Of a stretch of DNA of 64,000 nucleotides, positions 9,867 through 18,800 are shown in pieces (position 1 is the first letter of the stretch; each line of letters starts with the position of its first letter). Below the pieces are notes generated by a model. The model ran no database searches, was not told the origin of the DNA, and saw nothing but the letters and a program-made list of their open reading frames with translations. Location: assembly GCA_965198975.1 (NCBI GenBank), contig OZ240679.1, forward strand, positions 1,052,713-1,116,712, in the 5' to 3' direction. The DNA is from an uncultured Pseudoalteromonas sp. (GTDB lineage Bacteria > Pseudomonadota > Gammaproteobacteria > Enterobacterales > Alteromonadaceae). The position numbers and the translations under genes are program-made.

Positions 9867-12800
9867 ATGAATATGGAAACCTCAAAAACGTTCAAAGTTT
9901 TTAACCAAAATAGATGGAAAAAACCAACTTTTAGATGGATGTTGTTTTTTATTGGTGCTCTTTTTAGCTTGGGAGTACAAGCAGCGCCAACTTTTTCAAC
10001 AGCCTTTTCTCCTACTACAATTGGTCCTGGTAATGTATCTACATTAACCTATACCATAGATAATACGGCAGAAAGTGTTGGTGCTTCATCTCTTTCATTT
10101 ACCAATAACTTGCCAGCAGGCATAGTATTGGCGACACCTGTTAATTCATCTACAACCTGTCTGGATGGCAATTTCACCGCTGCTGATGGTGGTACATCTG
10201 TTGTATTTACAGACTACCGCCTTGGAGCTGGACAGTCTTGTACTTTAAGTGTGGATGTTATCGGCAATACAGTCGGTGCAAATACAAACCCAGCAATTAC
10301 GTTGAGCTCAAGCTCGGGTAATGACGACAGTACAGCTCATGATTTAACCGTGGATTCTGGCAAAGTTGGTGTTACTTTAACTGTAGATAAAACTTCTGTT
10401 TCAGTAGGTGAAAATGTAAGGTTAACATTAACATTTGATAATTCATTAAATGGGGCTGGGGTCGCTACTTTAGATGCTAACTTTACTTTGCCTTCGGGCT
10501 TAGAAGTATCAGATTTTGCTAATGTTGTGACAGATTGTGGCTCAGTCGCGTTAGGGCGTGATATTACGTCAACACAAGGTAGTACCTCGTTATCTTATGA
10601 TATTGATGGTAGTGCTTTTGGTGGTAATCATGCGCTAGCCGCAGGGGCTACTTGTACAGCCGCATTAAATCTAAAACCAACTACGGCGGGCGTAAAAAAT
10701 ATTATCTCCGGAGATGTATTGGGTGACTTTACAAGTGCAGGCGGAGCAAATACAACGGTAACTTCTTCTTTACCATTTCTAAATATGTCGGTTGATGCCG
10801 CTGTAGCAGCTGGAGCGACAGGTAAACTTAATTTTACCATCAACAATTTTGATCGTAGTTTCTCGGCGACAGCTATGTCTTTTACATTGGATTTAGATAC
10901 GCCATTGTCAGGTTTAACCTGGAATAACTCTACGTTATCTGGGCAATGTGGTTCAGGTATTTTAATAGGAAGCGGTACAGGTAGCCTATCTTTTTCAGGC
11001 GGAAGCTTAGCAGCTGAAGGTTCATGTGCTTTTAGTGTCGATTTAATAGTACCTGCAGGTGTTACAGCTGGGGCTAAAACTTTAACTGCCTCACCTATTT
11101 CGGTCACTCAAAATGGCACAACAGCAGACAAAAATACAGCAACCGCTGATTTAATTATTACAGGCGCACCATCTGTCGCATTAACTTTTGTTGATGACAC
11201 AGTTGTTGCAGGAGAAACAGCAACACTTAGAGTTACTATCACTGATACGGCTTCAGAAAATGTGACTGACAGTGAATTATTATTGACTTTAAATCCACCT
11301 TTACCATTTCCAACAACGGTTACTTTACCACCTACACCGGATCCACCATGTGGAGTTGGTTCATCTTTGACAAAGGTATTTATTAATACTGATATTGAGG
11401 GGTTAAATTTAACCGGCGGTAACTTTTTAGCGGATAACTCTTGTACATTTGATGTGGATATACTTATTCCTACAGATGTAGCCAGTGGAGATTTGACTTT
11501 CACATTAACGAGTGCTTCGTCAACAGTCAGTGCAACAACAGTTCATTCCCCTCTTGTCTCTACAATTCTTGGTGTGTCTGGTAGTCCAACTGCGACAGTG
11601 GAGTTTTCTGAAGGACTAAAACCTGGTAGTACAGGTACTGCAACCTTTACAATTAACCAAGATGAATTTAATACTGCCTCCAATATTGGATTTACCTATA
11701 ATTTAGATACTTTACTTTCTGGACTCACATTTACAATTACAGACAGCAATGATGTATGTGGTTCTGGCAGTGTATTTTCAGGCACTAGTACTATTACTTT
11801 AACTGGTGGTAATTTGAGTGCTAGTGAAACTTGTGTATTTACCGCTCAGGTTAATGTACCTGGTGGAGCTGCCTCAGGCAGTTATAGCCAAGATCTTACA
11901 TTAAACTCAGAAATTAATACGGTTGCGACAAGCAGTACAGCAAGTGTTGTTTTACCTGTAGTGATAACCGACTTTTCAATGGTTTTTGCTGAAGCTACAG
12001 GGTTCCCACTTGTGCCGGGAGGCAAAACAGAATTAACATTTACCATAGATAATACTGCCTCCGCAGTTGATCAATCGATCACCTTTTTTACTTTGAGCCT
12101 AAGCACGTTTGTTAGTGGTGTCACCTCTCCTGATACTGGCACGACAGTCGATACATGTGGAGGAACTTTATCAGGAACTACATTCTTAACTTATGTTGGA
12201 GGAAATGTAACTGCCGGAACCAGTTGTGTAATTTCTGTAGTGCTCGATATTGCTCCTAGCGTGGATTTTGGTAATTATCAATTTTTAACTTCATCTTTAA
12301 GTTTGGGCGGCGGGACGAGTGATCCCGCGGTTAGTGCTTTATCTATTGTTAATCCACTATCAGTGACTAAAGCATTTCAGTCAGATGTCGCTTATGGTAA
12401 TGGTAGTATAGATTTGGTTTATACATTTGATAACACGAGTAGTTCTAGTATATCGGCATTAAGTTTTACCGATGATTTAGACTCTTTACTTTCTGGTATG
12501 GCACTGACTGGCACGAATAGTGATACATGTAGTTTGGCACCCACAGGTACTGGAACTTTGAGTGTAACGAGTGGTACAGTTCCGGCAAGCGGTAGTTGTA
12601 CTTTAAATGTTACTTTTAGTATACCTAATACGATATCAGGACAGGTTCCTATAACAAGTTCCTCATCTGCATTTACTGCTACGGTTTCAGGGATTGCACT
12701 TGATCATGTTGCAGCCTCTGATGACTTCGTAGCGGCAGCATCAGCTCAGGAAATAGTTATAACGTTTGATTCACCATCAGCTGATGCGACGTTCATTGGA

Positions 12801-15800
12801 AATGGACCAATAACGATAGGCGTTAATTTTGCCAATACAACGGGTGTACTACTTACTGACAGTAAAGTCTCTTTAGTTGGTTCGGCAAGTGCAGATATTA
12901 GTGTATCAGATGGAACAACAACAACACCTGTTGTTACCCTGAATAATTTTACTGGCTCAGGTACGGTTGCTATTTCTATCGATGCCGACGCTGCAAATAA
13001 TGATGCAGGGTCATCAAGTGCGAGTATTAGTAATAGTGCAGCCATCAACATTGCTACTGAACCAGGATTTAGTAAAAGTTTTTCATCAGATCCTATCTTT
13101 TCAGACGAAGCGTCAACGCTCACTTTTACAATTAACAATACCGCTAATGCTTTTGCGTTAAGTGATTTAGATTTTACAGATAATTTACCTAGCGGTTTAA
13201 CAGTTGCCTCTCCAAGTAATGCTTCAACCACCTGTACAGGTGGGACACTAACTTCTACATCAGGAGTTAGTGTTGTAAGTTATACCGGCGGTGGTTTAGC
13301 GGCTTCATCAACTTGTACCGTAACAGTGGATATAACATCAGATATAGCAGGAGATTACACAAACACAACCGGAGATTTAACTTCTAAAATCGATACGTCT
13401 GCGTCTGTTGGTAATTCAGGTACTGCGACAGATACTATAAGAGTTAATCCGCAACCTTTATTTTCGGCTTCATTTGCTGCTGATCCTATCTTCGAGGGAG
13501 AAACCTCAACATTAACGTTTACGGTAGATAATTCAGGTAGTACAGTAAGTGTTTCAGCGTTAGATTTTACTGATACTTTACCGACAGGTCTACTTGTAGG
13601 TACAACGCCAAATGCATCAACAACTTGTACTGGTGGCACACTTACCGCTACTGCAAATACTAGTTCTGTAAATTATACCGGAGGAAGTGTTTCTGCCGGG
13701 GCGACTTGTACTATTAGTGTCGATGTTTTGGGAAATACAGAAGGAGATTATACAAACTCAACAGGTAGTTTAACTAGTAGTGCGGGTAATTCTGATAGTG
13801 CTTCTGATACAATTAGAGTTAATGCTGCACCTTTATTTAGTAAATCATTTGTCACGGATCCAATTTTTGTTGGTAATGCAACTTCGCTCACTTTCACTAT
13901 CGATAACTCATCAAGTACAGTTGATGCAAATAGTTTAGCTTTTACAGATGCTTTACCCGCAGGGCTGGAAGTTGCTTCTCCTGCAAATGCATCGACAACT
14001 TGTTCAGGTGGTACCTTAACCGCAGTGGCAAATGCAGGAACTGTTAGTTATAGCGGAGGTAGCGTATCCACTGGTTCGTCTTGCACCCTGAGTGTTGATA
14101 TTACAAGCAGTACATTTGGTGATTACGTAAATACAACGGGTGATTTAACCAGTTCCGCCGGTAACTCCGGAACTGCTTCGGATACACTCAGAGTTAATCC
14201 TGTGCCTACATTTGATATGTCATTCTCGCAAGATCCTATTTTTTCCGGACAAACCTCAACACTTACGTTTACCGTCGATAATACAAATAGCACAGTTGAT
14301 GTCAGCGCTTTAGATTTCACCAATAATATACCAGCTGGTTTATTATTAGCGACAACGCCAAATGCTACAACATCTTGTACAGGTGGTACGTTAACAGCTG
14401 CGGGCAGTACAAGTGTTGTAAATTATACTGGAGGCACTGTAAGTGCGGCATCGAGTTGTATCGTCAGTGTAGATATTACTGGTGTAGCAGGGGGGAGTCA
14501 TACTAATACCACAGGAAACTTAACAAGTATTGCTGGAAATTCAGGTACGGCTACAGATACGATTGTAGTGAATGATGCTCCAATATTTAGCAAAGATTTT
14601 GCACAAGATCCTATCTTTATAAATGATGTGAGTACTTTAACTTTTACTATTGATAATTCAGCAGGAACGGTTGATGTATCTACGTTAGATTTTACTGATA
14701 ATTTACCTGTAGGTCTGGAAGTGGCAACAACCGCTAACGCGTCTACCACTTGTACAGGAGGTACGATTACAGCTACAGCTAATTCAACTAGCATTTCTTA
14801 TTCTGGAGGTAGCGTAAATTCAGGGTCAACATGTACAGTTCAGGTCGACATATTGGGAACCACGGAAGGAGATTATACTAATACTTCAGGTGATCTAACG
14901 AGTTCAGCTGGTAATTCTGGTTCAGCTACGGATACTATAAGTGTTTGGTTACCGTTATCGTTGACCTCCAACGTGACATCTCCAGTTATAGGGTTTGGTA
15001 ACAATACCAGGTTAACATTTGAGATTATGAACCCGCGTATTGCCGATGTAACAGGGTTAAGCCAAACTACAACTTTGCCTTTAGGCCTAGAGTTAGCTTC
15101 AACTTCAATAATTGAAAATACATGTGGAATTGACTCTACATTGACAGCAGTTAGCGGTAGCCAGGTGATTACTTTCTCCGATGCTTTAATTTCAGCTAAT
15201 CAAACTTGTAGTTATACGGTACTGGTCACTTCAAATACTATTGGTAATTATGCATTTAATTCAGGAGTGTTAACATCATCTGATGGTGATAATGTAAGTG
15301 ATGGTTTTGCTCTGACAGTGAATACAACTCCAACTAATCCGACAGTGCAAATTACTTCTACTGTTACAAGAACGAATGATACATTTGAAGCAGCTATTAA
15401 CTTTAGCAGTGCTGTAAGTGGATTTGATATTAACGATATTACAGTTGTTAATGGTAGTTTGGCTAATTTGGTAACAAATGATAATGTAATGTTTACAGTT
15501 GATGTAACGCCAGTGAATGAAGGTAATACAACAATTGATGTTTTAGCTAATATGAGCCTAGATGCTGAGCTTAACCCTAATTTAGCGTCAAATACCTTAG
15601 CTATAGAAATTGATCTAACAGCACCAGTAGTGGTTATAACGAGCTCTGACACTGGTTTGATTAACGGGCAATTTGTTACTTATTTCACTTTTAATGAGGA
15701 TGTTTCTAGTTTTTCTGTAGATGATCTTGTAGTACAAAATGCAACAGTAATTAATTTCTTCAGTCACAATGCGCGTGAGTATTCTGCGACTGTTATACCT

Positions 15801-18800
15801 GGCGTTGATGGGGCGATAAATATTAGTTTGCCTGCGGGTGTTTCTTTTGACTATGCTGGGAATGGTAATGATGTTTCAAATACTTTTAGTATTGAATTTG
15901 ACGGAACGAAACCTACGGTTGTGGTTACTTCAGATATAAATGTAGCAGGTGCTAGCTTTGTTGCTTCAATAACTTTTGATGAAATAGTAACAGGGTTTTC
16001 TATTGAGGATATTGTTTCTAACAACGCTATGTTAAGTAATTTGACTGAAACTAGTTCATCGGTATTAAAATCTAAAGATATATTGGTTAATAATGCTGGT
16101 TCTTCCTATACAGTAGTTGTTACACCTATTACTGACGGTCTGGTCACTTTAGATATCGCGGCTGATGTAGCAGAGGATGCTGCAAGTAATGGTAATACGG
16201 CGGCATCACAATTTAGTGTTAATTATGATGCAACGAATCCGACCGTTAATATTACTGGTGCTTCAGGCGTGATAAGCACAGCCTTTACAGCAACGATTAC
16301 ATTTAGTGAAGATGTAACGGGATTTGTACAAGGTGATATTACAGTTAGTAATGCAACATTAAGTGGATTCTCAGCAACAAATGCACAGGTTTATACTGCT
16401 TTGGTTACGCCAAGTGATGATGGTCAAGTAACCTTGAATGTTGCTAGCAATGTTGCGGCAGATCCTGCGAATAATGGCAATATGCCAGCATCACAATTTA
16501 GTGTTAATTATGATGCAACAAACCCCACCGTAAATATCACAGGGGCAAGTGGCACAGTTAATGCTGCATTTACAGCAACGATTACATTTAGTGAAGATGT
16601 AACGGGATTTGTACAAGGTGATATTACAGTTAGTAATGCAACATTAAGTGGATTCTCAGCAACAAGTGCACAGGTTTATACTGCTTTGGTTACACCAAGT
16701 GGTGATGGACAAGTTACATTAGATGTCGCTAATAATGTTGCTGAAGACGCTGCGAACAACGGTAATATGGCAGCAGCACAATTTAGTGTGAATTTTGATG
16801 GTGTAAACCCGCTGGTTGTCATTTCAAGTACATCAGGTGCTGTTAATGCGGCCTTTACTGCAACAATTACTTTTACTGAAGATGTGACTGGCTTTGTAAT
16901 TACTGATGTTATTGCGGTAAACGCTAGTTTAAGTAATTTTAATACAATTGACGCTAAAACTTACACTGTATTAGTCACTCCTCAAGCACAAGGTAATGTC
17001 ACATTAGATGTTCCTGCAAGTGTTGCATTAGATAGCTCAAATAATGGTAATTTAGCGGCAGTACAACATACGGTTGTATTTGATAATACCAGCCCGCAAC
17101 TTATGATTTCAGGACCATCTGATCCTGTTAGTGCTGAGTTTACTGCAACTTTGACATTTAATGAGAATGTAACAGGTTTAACCTTGTCTGATATAACTGT
17201 AACTAATGGTGTCGTATCAAATCTAAATTCACAATCTGGCAATCTTTATACCGTAACAGTAACTCCAACAGCAAACGGTGCAGTTACTTTGTTTGTTGCA
17301 GCTAATTTAGTCGCAGATAGTGCGGGCAATGGTAATTCGGCTTCAAATACCTTGTCTGTGACGTTTGATAATTTAATTCTATCGTTAGTTTCATCAACAC
17401 CTGAAAATGGTGCTGATAATATTGCTACTTCTGTTATGGCTAGTTTTACTTTCAATAAATCTATTCAGGCAGTTGCGGGTAATAACAAATTAATTAGCTT
17501 ATTTAAACAAGGCGAAACGACGCCGGTGCAGTCTTTTGTTGCTTTAAGTAGTGATGTTCAAGTGATAGGTGCGACAGTGAGCTTATCATCAAGTTTATCT
17601 TTAGAAGCAGGTGCTACTTATACTTTAACTATTACATCAGGTTCGTTTATTGATAACTTAGCTAATGGAAATGATGAGATAAATATTACCTTTGAAGTTG
17701 GCAATACAGCACCGGTTGCAAATGATGATAGCGCAACTGTAAATGAAGGTGCTTCAATAGAAATAGATATCTTAGCAAACGACACTGATGCTGATAATGC
17801 GATAGATCCTGCCAGCGTAAATGTTGTAACCACGCCAGAAAATGGAACAGTCACAATAGATAATGTATCTGGAAAAGTTACTTACTCTCCAAATACTGAT
17901 TTTGCTGGCGCTGATTCATTTATGTATACGGTTCAAGATATTACTGGTGTTGTTTCAAATGCAGCACTTGTAACTATCACTGTAACTAATTTAAATGATG
18001 GCCCTGTCGCTGTGGATGATTTAGCTGAAACAGACGAAGATACTGCGGTTATTATTAATGTATTGGCAAATGATACAGATCCAGATGGTGCCAGTGATAT
18101 CGATGCGAGCTCAATTGTTATTACCACTAACGTGGTAAATGGCTCAACAGTTATTTCAAATGGTCAAGTGACTTACACACCAAATGAAAACTATTTCGGT
18201 AGTGACTCATTTAGTTATACTGTAAATGACATATCCGGATTAACCTCTAATGTTGCTAACGTGTCTATTAGTGTTATTAGTGTTAATGATGCTCCTGAAT
18301 TTACATCAACGGCTCTAATAACGGCTAATCCAGCTGAAGCTTACAGTTATCAATTTGTTGTTACTGATGTTGATGGTGATACAGTGAGTGTGAGTACGTC
18401 ACAGTTACCTACGTGGTTAACCTTCGATGGGGTTGATACTATTAGTGGCACACCTTTGGTTGATGATATTGGTAAAGTGTTTAACGTTATTTTAAATGCG
18501 ACCGATGAAATTATTACGCAACCTGTAATTCAAGAATTTGATATCACGATTAACGAACCAGGCGAAGCTTTATTGGAGTTATCTCAAGTATCAAGCGCTA
18601 ATCCGGTATTGGTTGGTTCAGATATTGAGGTTACCTATTCGATTAAAAATACAGGTCCTGAAGTTGCGTTATTGGATTCTTTGGTTATTGAACTTTCTGG
18701 TACGACAGGGTTAACTAATTTACCGCAAAATTGTGCAGTTGAAGTTATTAACAATCAAGATATCGTTACTTGTACTTTACCAAATGAATTAGGGCTTGAT

